Source: Lama glama (Eukaryota). From it: 64,000 nt of DNA. This document shows, piece by piece, positions 37,824 through 51,292 of the stretch (positions within the stretch are counted from its first letter, which is position 1; each line of letters opens with the position of its first letter). The stretch is from the NCBI GenBank assembly GCA_028534125.1, contig CM052816.1:61134001-61198000 (forward strand). Reading direction: 5' to 3'. Position numbers and translations under genes: made by a program. Under the pieces are notes generated by a model that made no database searches, was not told where the DNA came from, and saw only the letters and a program-made list of their open reading frames with translations.

Positions 37824-39177
37824 TGAGTGATGTCTTTCTGATATTATGTATTTGCTGCATCTTAAACTTTGGAGGAGACCTCAAAGCTGATTTGGTATGA
37901 ACATCTACTCAAAAGAGGAATTCCTTCTTAAACACTCCTGGCAGCCACAGGCTTTGTTTGAACACTAACAGCAGCAGGATGTATTTGTGATTAACAATAA
38001 TTATTAGAAACTGCTTCCTCATACTGAGCTAAGCCCTCATATTTTCCAACCATTTCTCTAAAGCTTTGGCTTCTGAAGCAATGAAGAATAACCCTACCCT
38101 CTCTTTCACAGCCTCCAAGTATTTGAAAATAGCTGCCATTTGGATGTCTGAATTCATCTCCAGAAAGAACTTTCTTAATTCTTTTATGTATTCCTCTTGA
38201 GAAGTATTTTCAAAGTCATCACCCTCCTGTTCCTACTCTTTCAAACGCTGTAATACTTGGCCAAAGTCTGTGACACCTGGATTAGAACACAATATTCTAG
38301 CTGTGATTAATCACAATGCATCAGAGTCCAGCGGGACTATTCTTTTGATCTGGACACGTCCTTCCATCAACACTCTTACAAGGCTTCAGTTCTCTCCTCC
38401 TGTCCCTTTGCCAGGTGTGCTGTACTATGGGTTTATATTGGAATTTGGTCAAATAAAAATGCTAGGTTTTTTTTCCTGAAGATACCACTATGAAGGCAGG
38501 TTTCCATTCCTTTTACCTTTGCAACGGAATGGGTCCAATTTCATCTTAAATTGGTCTCAGCACTGAAGTAGTTTTAAATCTTAATAATGTCATCATATTT
38601 AAACATTCCAGCTCTGTTACATGCAAATTTGATAATACCTTCCATAGAATTCTTCATGTTTTCATCCAAAGGACTGGAAATTTCCTCGTTCAATGTGAAT
38701 CATTATTCAACTTGCTTAGGAGTTTCAATAGCTAGGAATCCACCTGGCTAACGATTTTCCCATCATAGCCTCCACCTTAGCCTTAAAGATGTCAATAGGG
38801 CTGTCAAGTGCCTTGTTGGACTCAGTGAACACTGTACTTTTAAACCTTTCTAAGCCATACAGTTTCTCTGATGACAAATGCTACTGACATTTTATCATGG
38901 CAGTAAAATTTTACATGAGCTTCCAAGCTCTATGAAATAAGCAGCTAGAATGGGTGTCAGCTCACAGGAGCAGAAATAAGAGAGCTTGGGTCATATTCAC
39001 CTATAGTGAACCAGATCAATGGTTCACTGGACCTATGTTTTATGAGGAAAGGAAACTACAAGGTAAATTCAGTGAAATAAAACTCAAGAATCATTCACTG
39101 GAGAGGGGTGTTTAAAGGGTTGTGTTTATTACCCCAATTTTTCAAAAAAATTTTTATGAAGTATCCATTTATACAAC

Positions 39178-39183
39178 TTTATT
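39178..39183 (-). terminator. Candidate distal polyadenylation signal
   Basis: AATAAA on the minus strand with a downstream T7 tract and a second AATAAA at 39125-39130. Confidence 0.4.
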
Positions 39184-39365
39184 GTGGGTATGTTGAAAAA
39201 GGCTACATTAATCTAGTATTTAGATTTTCTAACCTTCACCCTTTGTCTTGATACAGTTGGTACTAGATAATTATTTAGGCAGATTTGTTTCCAGTGGAAA
39301 TCTCCATTAAAAATAAACTGAAAAAAAAAAAACTTTGGATATTGACTGTGTTTTAAAGAAAATGA

Positions 39366-39518
39366 GAGGGGAGGGTATAGCTCAGTGGTAGAATGTATGC
39401 TTAGCATGTATGAGGTCCTGGGTTCAATCCCCAGTACCTCCATTAAGAAAGAAAGAAATAAGTAAACCTAATTACCTCCTCCCACAAAAAAAAAAAAAAA
39501 AAAAAGAAAAAAAGAAAA
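39366..39518 (+). mobile_element. vic-1-like SINE, young-looking with a long A tail
   Basis: Near-consensus A/B boxes; TSD aaagaaaatga. Confidence 0.93.
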
Positions 39519-40742
39519 AAAGAAAATGAAAGCATGTTTATCTTATTTTGCTTTTATTCTCACCAAACAGTCATAAGAGAAGGTACATTCAGTTTCGAGG
39601 GGCTATCCAATTTCAGAAGAGATACATAACTGTGTAACAGTGCTGTGTTGGGGAAAGAACAAAGCTTTGGTCGTTGCATCTAGTCAGAGGGGATAAGGTT
39701 TCTCTTTTAACACTCTTTGGGGCTCAGCTAACTCTACCTAAACCCAATTTGGGGGATTAGTATTTTAATGCAATTTTCTCCAAGCATGAAAAATACTTCT
39801 TGTGCATGATAGAAAAGGAAAAAAATGAAAAATGCTAGCAGGCTCACTGGTGGGGAGCAGGCAGGATCGCTGTACACCCTCATTCATACACAAAGGCCAA
39901 AGGCAAAGCGGCAAAGTAGAAAGTTAAGTCATTCCCTACTAATTAAGGTAAATACAAAGTGCAAGTACAAAATCCTATCATTTTTTTTTTAAGAGCTATT
40001 TTCTTGATTTTGGTTTCTTACACAAAGCAGTTTGTCAAGTCCAAAGAGCTGCAGATACCTACCTGTCACCGCAGAAGTTCAAAAAGGCAGCATTTTGATG
40101 TAAATAGCTTGGGTGATAATTCTTCAATATAATTTTTAGTTCTCTATCTAGGTAACATGCAACACTTATACTAGAGGAGAAAAAAAAATCTGTATTAGAC
40201 GGCATCACATTAGGACTTCTCTTTCTCTTCTCTGTGGCATCTTAAAATTAAACCTTTAGGAATCAGGCCTACTACATTTTCACCTAAGATGTTTAAGAAC
40301 TTGCCCTCAGTGACATTAACAACTGCTGGAAAACCAGAAACAGGCCCAAATCTCCTGGATCGATAACCAAGAGAGACTTTACTATATGCATCTTAGTTCA
40401 TAAATCTAAAGTGTAGGTTGGTCAATTACAATTTTTTTACAGTTATTTACACCATTCAGAACAGCCACCAACACTCTATGCTCTGATCTAGAAAAAAGGA
40501 ACAAGCAGATGAACGGCCCATCCAAAAAGGCTTTAAAAAATAGGTCCTTAGTTTTGAATTACGGTAGGGAATGTTTTCTTGATGACCTCTTGATATTGTT
40601 GCTCTTCTTTGGCAGATTTTAAATATGGGATGTGGATCCTAAATACAAAGACCACCACAGCACTTCTGTTCTGTTATGCATTTCAGTTTTAACACTGAAG
40701 TATGAAAGAAATGTGAATTCATTCTTGTGACAGTAATGTAAC

Positions 40743-40748
40743 TTTATT
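40743..40748 (-). terminator. Candidate proximal polyadenylation signal
   Basis: AATAAA on the minus strand ~1.8 kb after the stop, followed by CA dinucleotides and a U-rich tract (TTTCTTT). Confidence 0.45.
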
Positions 40749-42538
40749 GTGTGCAGTCTTATTCACATCAAGTATTAGTTTTCCCATGTGAAATAAGTTA
40801 AGATTTAAAATGAGAAAGTTATTGTTAACGAGATGCACCGGGCAGTAGAAAAAGCTGAAGAGAGTTTTTGTCTGAAACTAGAAAACAGAACATTCTGGGA
40901 AAAAAAAAAAAGAGGAAAGTACCATTAGTTGCTAAGACCAAAAAAAACAGTTTTAGGGACCCGAGGTGGTGATGCTGATGAGTGTGGGGGAGAGAGGGCC
41001 AGGCAACTGTCTTGGGGATGGGTGGGTGGGGGGATTTTCTGTGATGTTTAATAAGGTATTTGCTTGGCAATAATAATCTTTGAATTTTCTTCTGCATCGC
41101 TATAGCTCTTGGTTTTTCCTGCTGTTGACACTTCTGCTCCGCAGCATGATATTTTTTTTAGTTAGCACAAAGTCCACTTTGTCCTGGAGAGGGAAAAGGT
41201 TCTCATTTTGTCCCTGGCCAGCAAAGTCAAACCTCAGGTACACACGGGGGAACAACTGGAAGTCCTATGCAGAATGCATACGCTCAAAGTTAGTTTTTTA
41301 ATTAAAAAAAATTTTTTTTTTTGATTATCCTAGTTTGGTTTCCTCACTGAGTAGACTCCTAGAGAGAAAATAAGTACAGCGAGTTTCCTGGGCTGCTGCA
41401 GAACTGGAGTTTAGGCCCACAGTAAACAGTTAAAGAGCTCCGAAGGTTCACGTAAAATCACCAGACAAGGTAGGCTGCGGCCGAGCCTCTCCCCAGGGCT
41501 GAGTGTGAGCACGCCTGACACTTTGGAGCAGCTGTCCTCCCACATGTCTGTGCAGAACCCACCCCTCTCCTGGGCTTTCCGCATTCTTCACGCCCAGGGT
41601 CTGCTGCAGCTCTCTTCCCAGGACACGCTGAACGGACACTTGTGACGTATCTACCTGCCACGCGGGGTGAGGGGGGCAGCAGAGGAGGCGAAGTCCCTAC
41701 CACTTATTAGAAACATGAGAAGAGAAAAACATCCTTGGACTTGCTTTCGTGTTCTAATTGGCAAATATGCGGAAAGACTGACAATCTTGTATGCTGAAGT
41801 GGAAATGAACCTCCAATCCGAGAAGCAAAATTCTCTAATACAAGATGTAAAAACTTGCAATATCCATTCGACCGTTTCAGCTAAAACTCATAATTTTTTG
41901 GTACTGTCTGACTGGAAGTCAGACAGAAAAGACAAAACCAATTGGAAGAACATCATTTAAGTGTGGCAGAAAGTTGGGGATCGTGAGGCCTGAAATACAA
42001 AGATAAATGCATTACTGAAACATAGTCCCCTGGCCCTGAGGTGTGTGGGCAAAGAGGTCACACTTTACTGGGAGATAGTGGCAAAGTGGATGCAGGGCTC
42101 CAAGAAAATATTTATCGAGGAAAGTGATGATTCATTTATCAGTTCAGAAATCCCAAGTACAAAACTTCAAGATATAAGAAGGATCAAATTATATAATGTA
42201 CATGATTCAATTAAAAAATTCTTAGCCCTCTTACATTATATTATCTAGATTACAATAGTAAAAAAATCAAATTACCTTCATATGAAACTTTTATAAAAAG
42301 AAATCAAATCCATTTTTATGAAATTTTATAGTTACAATTATTTTCTAATGGGTCTTTTCTTAGCTCACAGTATTTATAATTCCATTTACATCTGTATAAT
42401 TTTTCAAATCAAAAAGCAAAAGGAAGTCAATGGAAACCTACATTTTCATTTGCAAAACTCCCTTCAGTTTCCAGGCCAGTAACACATGGTGATGTCGACT
42501 TGTCCTCCAGACATGGACTGCTCCCAAAGATCCCACGT

Positions 42539-42673
42539 TTATGGGGCATGCAGGCCTCTGCTCATTAGGAACGCTTTTTGGTTTGGCTCACGTTTCAAGA
42601 AATTCTGGAGCATGTCCATGCCGTCCAGAGATCCCCCAGGTTTCAGGATTAGGTTTCTGTATTTCATTCCAAC
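42539..42673 (-). CDS. NLN: Neurolysin terminal coding exon (135 bp to stop)
   Basis: ttattag|GTT. Translates [44 protein letters not shown], with TAA at 42541-42539. Phase 0 join to the previous exon. Confidence 0.97.
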   Translation of the reverse strand, partial: VGMKYRNLILKPGGSLDGMDMLQNFLKREPNQKAFLMSRGLHAP

Positions 42674-43778
42674 CTAATAAAATAAAACATGCCTAATAAT
42701 TCATGGTTATAGCAATTTTCCAAATCTCCAGATGCAAAAGAGAAAAAGGGACTTTAGCTACACTGTCCGTCTGGAGGCTCTCCTTTGCCGAGACTATAGC
42801 TCTGCAGTATTTATTTATTTTGGTAGCTAAGAGATCTGGAGCTTAGACCTCCGGTCTTCCACACTTCCCTCTATTACTGTCTTGTCTTAGATTCTCAGCA
42901 GCACACTGGGAATGTAAGTAAACAAACAAAACACAGTCAGATGGAATATATAACAGGTTCCTAATTTGCTACCTCATCTCAAATGCAATTTCAAAAGGGT
43001 TAGCAAAGCAAGCGTTCATTGAGGCTAAAAACAGGGGTTCTGTGCTGTCAAAATGGCTTCTGCAACGCTTTTAGGAGGGGCTTATAAACAAACCTTCCTT
43101 ATGGACGGGGCAACAGCACACGTCCCACGGTGCAGGGTAAGACATTTTTGCGGGCCCAGCATGGGGAAGAGGGACCTTTGTAAAGTTTTCTTTGGGGACA
43201 AGGTCTGGAATTTTAAAACGTATCACAATTCCTCTGCCTTTATTTACACAAACAGATGAGCAGATAAAGCGAAAGGGAACAACTGTAATTCAGTATCAGC
43301 ATTATTCAGTATTTTCACTTCCTTTTCACCGTCCTTTTAGGGAAGTAAGGCAAGACAATTCAATGAAGCATAACTCTAAACCTATGCATAGGACAGCTCA
43401 CAGGGTAACACTTAAATATACATCCATTGTATCATTTGAGCAATCACTGGTAGTCCTTCTGAGTACAAGAATAGCTTGAGAATTTCCAGAGACAAAAGTA
43501 ACCTCATTTTTCACTTATGACAATGATTCTGCCTGGCACAACCATCTGAGGTAAGGCTAGTCAAACCGTTGAGGAGAATAAAATGTTGAGGAATGCAATC
43601 TACCAGGGAAATGTCTTATAGGGGTCGTAAAATCAAAACTTTTGGGGTTATCTTTTAGCTATAAACAGAAATCTTCTGTACCTTACTACTTATCTACAGG
43701 CTAACAGCTAACTTTAAGATGAGCCTTAATCAGGAGTAAACAGTTAGTCAAACAAAGTTACCTTCTGTAAACTCTGGA

Positions 43779-44065
43779 GAGCACTGTCCAATAGAAACAC
43801 AATGTGGGCCACATATGTAATTTAAAATTTTCCAGTAATCACATTAAAAAAGTTAAGAAAATAGGTAAAATTAATTTTCATAAAATATTTTATTTAAACC
43901 AGTGTATCAGTAATAGTATCCTTTCAGCATACATCAGTATAAAGTTACTGAGATTTATTTTTCGTTGTATGTCTTCAAAATCATCATATCTCACTTCAAT
44001 TCTTCAGCAGCACTGGCCACAATTCAGGTGCTCAGGAGCTACATGTGGCTGCTGTACTGGACCGG
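43779..44065. mobile_element. MER33-like hAT DNA transposon in the last NLN intron
   Basis: 'gcactgtccaatagaaacacaatgtgggccacatatgtaatttaaaattttccagtaatcacattaaaaaag...tacatgtggct'. Confidence 0.75.
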
Positions 44066-45494
44066 CCTGGGGCCTGGAACACAGACCGTCCTTAGAAGGG
44101 CTTGGAGACAATGCTCTAGTTTAACACTGAAGAGGTGAGTAGCAATCTTGTTGCCTTATTTATAAGTTTTGGGTAAAATTTTTTAAAAAGGGCGGCCTGT
44201 AATCACTGAGATTGGACTTCTTGAAAATCCTGGTAATGAGGGCTTGGAGGTACATTTATTTTTCTTTAGGAAAAACAAATGATGCGTCATTTTTTGCCTG
44301 GTCTGCAGCAATTCATGACTGTTACAGTAGTGATCTAGAACCTAAAATGTGAGTGATGGCCATCACAGACTCTATCATTCTAGCAAGTAGCAGATCAGAG
44401 TTCTTGAGACCAACACAATTCACCCCCTTCCCTGTCATTCACTGCCCAACATTTCTAAATTGGACCAGTGTTAAGTTAGTGGGTGGGGCAAGGAAGGTCT
44501 GTGCTCTCTGGGCATCGCAGTAGAGGAAAAACTTAGAAAATGAGAATTAAATTGATCTGAATGATCAAAATATTATAAACCACTTATTGTGGAAAAATTT
44601 TAAACATACACTAATAATAGAGACAACAGTATAGTGAACCCTCTCATACCCAGCATGCAACCTCAATGACTAGCATTTATCTATGGAAATTCTTAATGCT
44701 TGAGATCTGAGAATCTTTTATTTATTCAGAAGACATATTTTGTTGCACAAATATTATAGGAACAGTAGTAAAAATTTAAATAAAGTAAAAAAAAAATCAG
44801 CAACATGCTAACATCTGCCAGGTATTCTCTTATCTTGTATGGAGGGCTGTTATTGTAGGCAGTCAAGAAAAGCAAGCATTTGGGAGCTGCATGCATGCCA
44901 GCTCATGCCTCCTCTGACCCGCAAAGTCACTGCAGAGCCGGGCACTGTTCAGTCTCACAATATGCGGCTCAGTGCAGCGCAAGTCCTCCCCTGCTTATAG
45001 CTCCAAACAAGCTGATTCAATTTCCTGAATTACAGAGCAATGGTCTTTTAATAATTTCATTTCCTTTGCAATGAAGTTTGGAGAAGAGTTTAAGAGTCAT
45101 TTTGGTAATAGGATCTTGTTTTCTTAAAAAAGAAAAAGTGAAGTGAATTTTTCTGCTTTAGGAAGGATCTGGGCTCTCTAGGTGACAGAACATGGTCTGG
45201 GAGACCGTGTTTGCAGGTGGCAGGAGTCTCTGCTGTAAGTCATTCTACTCTGTTTATATCATAAGGGAACCTTAATTGTGAGCAAAGCAGGAAGAGAAGC
45301 GCTAAGACAACCGCTAGAATTTCTCATGCTAAAAATCCTCCAGGAGGACCTGCGTAGAATAAAAGCTCCTGTTAGCCATTTGATGGAGGAATATCAGCAT
45401 CGGTCACCTCTGTGGTTTTTAATCCCAGAAGATTAACATGTATCTTCTGGCAGCTGTGCAGGTCCTCCCTAACACTGATGTTTTCTAAAGCAGG

Positions 45495-45640
45495 ATGAGG
45501 AGTTCTGGAATGAGGCCCAGGTTTGAATCTCAGCTCCATCCTCAGCTATGTGACCTTGGGCCTTGGTTTCCATACCTGTAAAATGGGAGTCTGCCTACCT
45601 CCCTCAGTTTATGGGGAATTAAAGGAGATGATTTCAGTAC
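45495..45640. mobile_element. MIR SINE remnant
   Basis: 'ggtttgaatctcagctccatcctcagctatgtgaccttggg...tttccatacctgtaaaatggga'. Confidence 0.7.
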
Positions 45641-48600
45641 CTTGTCTGCTCCCTAGAATAATTCCTGCCATACAGGGGTATTCAATACCTCTGAGTAGTC
45701 ATCCATCCTCCTTTCCTTTCCTTCCTTCTCACACTGCCTCAAAGTGCAGTTACTTATACACAGCCAGGGAAACAAATGCACTCCTGATTCAGCACTTCCT
45801 TAAAATTAGTTCTGTCTCCTAATAAAGCAAGAAAAAAAGCACAGAGACTTCATCTCCACTATTAGCATAAAAAAGAATACATAATTTGTAGGAATATTAA
45901 GTAAGAGAGACAAGGCACTCACTTGCAAGAATATGTATGCTTTATCTGAGGTAATATTTTAAGAGCAAGCATGGTTACCTGAGTGAAGGATGTCCACCAT
46001 CCATCAGTACCAAGAACATATAAATGGGAAACAGACTGCGTCTCCTGCCATCTCTGGAGGAGCACATGCAAGCTCCCTCCCTCCTCTGTGACTGACCCTG
46101 GGCAGTGGAGCCAGGCGTCTCCTTTCTACACTGAGTTAACAGGCATCAGGGCAGAGGGCATCCACCCACGGGCAGGTACTGACAATCGGGCTTCTAACAG
46201 GCCCACCAGCCCGCTTTAAAAGTGGACTTTGAAATCTTTCCTTCCATAGCTCATCAGTAAACTCCTACCCAGCACAGCACACACTTTGTTTTCTACAAGT
46301 GAGGGTGGGGCGTTCGTGGGTGGAAAAAGACTACCTTTGACCACAAACAGGAAGGAGGGAGAGAGTGCAGGTTGGTGCTGGTAGTCAGGGAGATACAGAC
46401 AAAGTACAGTGGGAGGAATCTTCCCTTGATTGGAAGAGGTCTACGGGAAACCTTGAGCAAAGTTTCAGTTTGTGAGGACGGAAGAGTAAATTTAAGGCGT
46501 GGGAGGAGGTCTGGAGAAAAATTGTACCCTAGGTAGAAGTTTGTATTAGGATGAAAGATGAGTGGAAGCAGATGGGGGAACTACCATTTGGGTCCAGTAA
46601 TCGGTACATGTAACAGTTTTGAAGCAGAGGACGAACACAAGGACAAATGAAACAGTTCCGATTAGAAGGGCCTTATGATCTACAAGGTGAGATAAAGGAA
46701 TAGACAATTAACAAGGCAGATCATTAGGGCCCTAAGAAAGACAAAAAGAAGGGCTGTAGGAGCACAAAAGAAGAAAAATGCTTCCAGTTGGTTGGGATTC
46801 AAGGCTAAGAAGGTCTGGTGTTGTAAATATTCAAGAAGCAGGTTGGAAATCAATCCCATTTCCTTCCTTTGTCCCTTAAATCAGGCAAAATTTAAGTCTG
46901 TTCGAAAAGGCTGAAGTGTAAGACAAATCAGCTGTGGGGTGGCAGATCAGGGGAGCTGACGCAGAACTTAGTCCATCTGTAAGGACCCTCAGGAGGGGAA
47001 ATCTCACATTCTCTCTTACAACACATTACAGCAGGCACTGGGCCTAGGATTCTGTTTGAAGAGCTCTGGGATACCGTGCTTTATAACACACCTTCTGTCA
47101 GCTAACTCTTTTTCATGTTTAACCAAGACTCTTCATGTGTGTCGCATGTAAGGTCTACTTCCTCATGGCTCGGGGCATAGTCACACTTAACTATCTTGAC
47201 TTTCTCAGTACTCCTTTCTGCCTGGAATCCTTGGTTGTATTTCTTCTTCACTGATGGAAAAAAAACAAAGCTTAGCAATTACTCTCAACGCAGAAGAGGA
47301 GGACATAATTCTAGCTTAACAATATAATTGCCTTTGAATCCACAATGTCTATTACCTCTAAGGAAATTTTCCCACAATGAAGTCGCTTTATAAAAAGAAA
47401 TGATCCTAGTTAAAATGCCCTCATTCTTTCAACCCTACGATTAGCTGCTGGATTTTGAAACTGTTTGGGAACCTTGAAGGGATCCTGAAAGAGTGCCTAC
47501 AGTTTGCTGGGAAAATGTTATTGCCAGGCAGTTCCTTTCCATGGTTATTAAAGAGATGATTTGGAAAAGTGAAAGATATGTCTGATAATGACTTCTCCAC
47601 GTTTACTTAGATAATATTTAACAAACTAAACAGCTAAGATGTTAGCTGTTTGCTATGAAGAATATAGAAAACTACAGATAACACCAGAGCTGGCAAACTT
47701 TTAAACTATTAAAGGTAAGTGGCCAGTTCTAACACTTTGATAGAGGCCATCAAAACAGAATGAAAACGACTGTGTGTAAGATATTCTGTTGCTAACATCT
47801 GGTGTCAGAAGACTGCAGGTTTACACTTGACCCTTCCTGTTACTGTTTTCCCAGTGAGTAGCGCACTTTCTACAGTTCTGCTTGTTAAGATCTGAAATGG
47901 TTCTCGCCCAGACCTGGGCTTTGCAGGATGGCAGGAGGTGACAGAGGGAAGGCCTGGAGATGTTCCTTTGTTGATCCCAGTGACCATGACCAATTATGTC
48001 AACAGTATGTGACCTTTCAGCCCCAGCCTGTCTAGAGCTTGGGGACTAAGACTAGCAGGCACTGACTCTGTCACGGGCCATCTTGCTATCTTCTCAAAAT
48101 CTCCAAATACGTACTAGGGAGGCTGAGGGGCCTTGAGACAACAAAGTCTGCATGATGTACTGTGCCTGCTCTGAGTCCCTTAACTTCTGATCAAACTCAG
48201 CATTTCTTTATACCATAAAAATTCTTTCTCTTCATCATAACACAGTTGTAACAATGATCTGTTTCTGTAGAACAGGATTGTTATTCCAAAGTATTAATTT
48301 TAAAAGAGTATTTGAATTGTGTAAATCGGGTGTTTATTTTAGAGCAAATATCTGTAAAAAAATAAATAAATAAACAAAACCAAACAAGCAGTACACTGAA
48401 GGAGTGAATAAAATGGCTATATTAAAAGCTACTTCCGTATCTGCCAGTGCAGTGAAGGGTGTGAGTGAGGGTCAGTGCAAAGGAATTCTCCTTGGCCAAT
48501 GGGGCCAGATTAACTATGGCTGTGATGGCAGGGAAACAGGAAATGACATGATATCCAGAATATTGAACAGGAAGGAAAAAAAAGGGATTAAAGCCAGTTT

Positions 48601-51292
48601 CATGGCATAAGATGAACAGTAATATAAAGCACTGCTGAATCCAGAATTTTACTAAAAATGAGAACTGTTTGAAACATCACAAGGGAACAACTCAGAGTTG
48701 TGGGGAATCCGGCTTTCTCCACATTCAACCCAGCCCTTCTGTCTAAGTCAAGAGTAGTCTGGCTGCCTGCCAAGCTGAAAAGCTCGAGAAAAGAGGAGGT
48801 ACGTAGCAGCATAATAGCAGGGGTGACTCCTGCTGGACTGGCAAGTTCCTTCGGGTCCACTGGGATCAGTATTTTGGCTGTGACCTTGACAGCTGGAAGA
48901 GGAGAGGTGACGGGGGAGAGGGTCCTGAGGGTGTGGTCCTGTGAGTGGAGCACAGAGGAGGTGAATGATGAAGCTTCATCAAAAGAGGTGCCTTAGCGTT
49001 GATGCCCGGAAGCCTCACCAACTATAAGAGCTAGTGGGAGGTCAGATGGTACCTTTCTATATTTGGACCTTGTATCTCTTTAAAAACTGTTTTCTGATTT
49101 CTATAACATACTCCATGTAAAAATAAGGAAAAGCCCCATAAAAAGTGCAGAAAAATATTTAATAATCACTCATTAACTTACCACCCAAAGATAACTTTTG
49201 GTAACACTTTGATGTGCTTTTTCTCTAAATGTATTTTTGAAAATAAAAGTTTGCATCCTATGATGTAAAATATTTTATAACTTGATTTTTTTTTTCATTT
49301 TGTAGAATAGTTTTGTTGAACATTCCAGATGTTAAGAAGCAGCTTATTGAAACCCTTTCCCCATGCCTAAAACCAAGTTCCCTCTTACGTTTAGAGGATG
49401 GACAGATCACTTTTGGTTTGGAAGATCTGGAAGACTTCATAAATGAGTGGCCATCTGAATAAGGGCCTTTACGCATGGTAGGATTTTGGAGCAGCACAGA
49501 CAAGGAAGGTGTACATTTTAGGTGGAAGAAGTAGAATGAATAAATTTGTGAAGGAGGAAAGACCCAAGGGGAACACACAAAATTGGCTAACACGCTGGGT
49601 GTTCTGGGAAGTAAGGAGGGGATGTGTTTGCTAAGCTCAGGGCTGGGACAAAGAGAGAAATACCAAGAAGCAGGAAGTAGAACAAAGGTAGGTGAGGGCC
49701 TTTGGGACCTGGCAACTAGATTGTCAGAGGTCACTCTGGAGGGCGGGTCACTGTCCAGTTTAGCTAGTGGAGGCAAAAGCCAGGAAACAGAGGGGTGCAA
49801 AAATTGTTTCTTGTACCAAGAGAGTCAGCTGTGAAAGGAAGAACAACTAAGTAGGAGCACTGAGAAGATCAGAGTCAGTGCTAAGTTGTTTCCCTGAGAT
49901 GGCAGACCAGCAAGTCTCAGTATTACAGCCATCTCCTCTGAGACAGGAGGAAAGAAGATAAAGACTGAAGTATAGAAAGAGAAAAAGATGCAGGTACTGA
50001 CTTTCAATGATCTTAATGTTCTTAGTAAAGAGGAGAGATCACCTGAGAGGTGGGAGGGGTGGGAGGGGTGGGGAACCGGGGAAACCCAGTAAGGGAAGGA
50101 GGGCAGGACTGCAGAGGAACACTGAGGGTCCAGTGCAGGTTCGACAGGGTGACTGCAGTGGGGCAGGTAAACGGAGTCCCACCATCTTCCCCGGAACACT
50201 GAATCCCAAGGGCACTGTCTCTCAATGAGATGGCAGAGGACTGGGGCTGGGCACCGGCTAAAGGTCATGCTGAAAACAGGGTATTTATGAGAACAAGTCA
50301 GTGGCTGATCATTGTAAATGCATCGGCTAGGGAATGGAAGGAGACCCAGAGCGACCTAACAGCCTGGGTAAGGTGGAATGGACGATGCAGTAATTGGAAA
50401 GGCTAGTGTACACCATGCAGGTACCCTGGAGGGCACTTTCTTGGGGGGAAGGGTTGGGGGAGGGGGTGGTGATCTAAATTACACCAAAGTCTTCCAGTGC
50501 ATGTGTGTAAGGTACTAGGAAGTCCAGAAACATAAAGTTTGGAGAACAAATCAGTTGGTTGCAATAGGCACAGAAAGCCTGATTTTGATATTGATAATTT
50601 TGTTCTTCTAATTTCTGAATCAAACAGAATGAAAAACACACTGGAAAACCCATCAGCCCTAGAAATAATCTGACTGCTGACTCTTCAACAAGAGTGGAGG
50701 CTGAGGGACTGTAACACAGGAAGGGTTGGCTGGCAGCCACCTGGCAGTCAATTCACTGTACACGGAAAGGAATGGCTCAGGTTAATGAAGCACTTAAATT
50801 ACTTAAAGGCATTTAGGTTACAAACAATGCAGTAGGTGGGATATGCCAGTCACAGAAAAAAGGGCGCCTTCCACAGAAAATGTATGATAAAAGTGTGTAG
50901 AGTACATCAAAACATAGGCAGACCATTTATATCAGGAAGGAGTTCACCTTTCTTTCCCAACCTCCTATAAAACACTTATGGCACATGTCAAAACTAGCAG
51001 CTATAAATGCTCAAATGCATAAACAAAGCTTTGAATTTTCATTATGCAATGTATTGGAATGTTAATAAGCAAGAAAATGCAGTAGGTTTTTTTTAACTTA
51101 TAGAATTAAGAGTTAATCATTTGTACACTACACTTAATAAGGTATGATGATGTGAGAAGATGCAAGACTTTAAAGCTAAAAGTTGTTACCAAACCTCTTC
51201 CTCTAAAATCGAGCTGTCATTAACATTTTACACTAGGTATTAAAGGGGAGGGGGCAGCTACAAAATTAAAAGGAGGAAAAAAAAAACAATAC

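Larger units (their letters stand above)
39150..42538 (-). other. NLN: Probable NLN 3' UTR (distal end uncertain)
   Basis: Sequence downstream of the stop codon, mostly unique and AU-rich. Minus-strand AATAAA hexamers at 40743-40748, 39553-39558, 39178-39183 and 39125-39130. Confidence 0.55.

Noticed and set aside
1..38000. Exons or promoter of ERBIN, the expected neighbour by synteny
   Set aside because: No CpG island and no LRR- or PDZ-coding exon is recognisable in the window.
39366..39440. tRNA gene (tRNA-Ala-like cloverleaf with A/B boxes)
   Set aside because: It has a SINE-specific 3' extension, A-tail and TSD, with many diverged copies in the window. It is a SINE, not a tRNA gene.
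47628..47651. 10-bp perfect hairpin aaacagctaa-gatg-ttagctgttt (and a 9-bp one at ~39005-39028)
   Set aside because: Stems this short are expected by chance in 64 kb of AT-rich DNA, and they are too short for a pre-miRNA.
48600..50268. Several 98-180 aa ORFs in the last NLN intron
   Set aside because: Low-complexity translations without recognisable domains, in purine-biased sequence that resembles decayed L2; no supporting exon structure.
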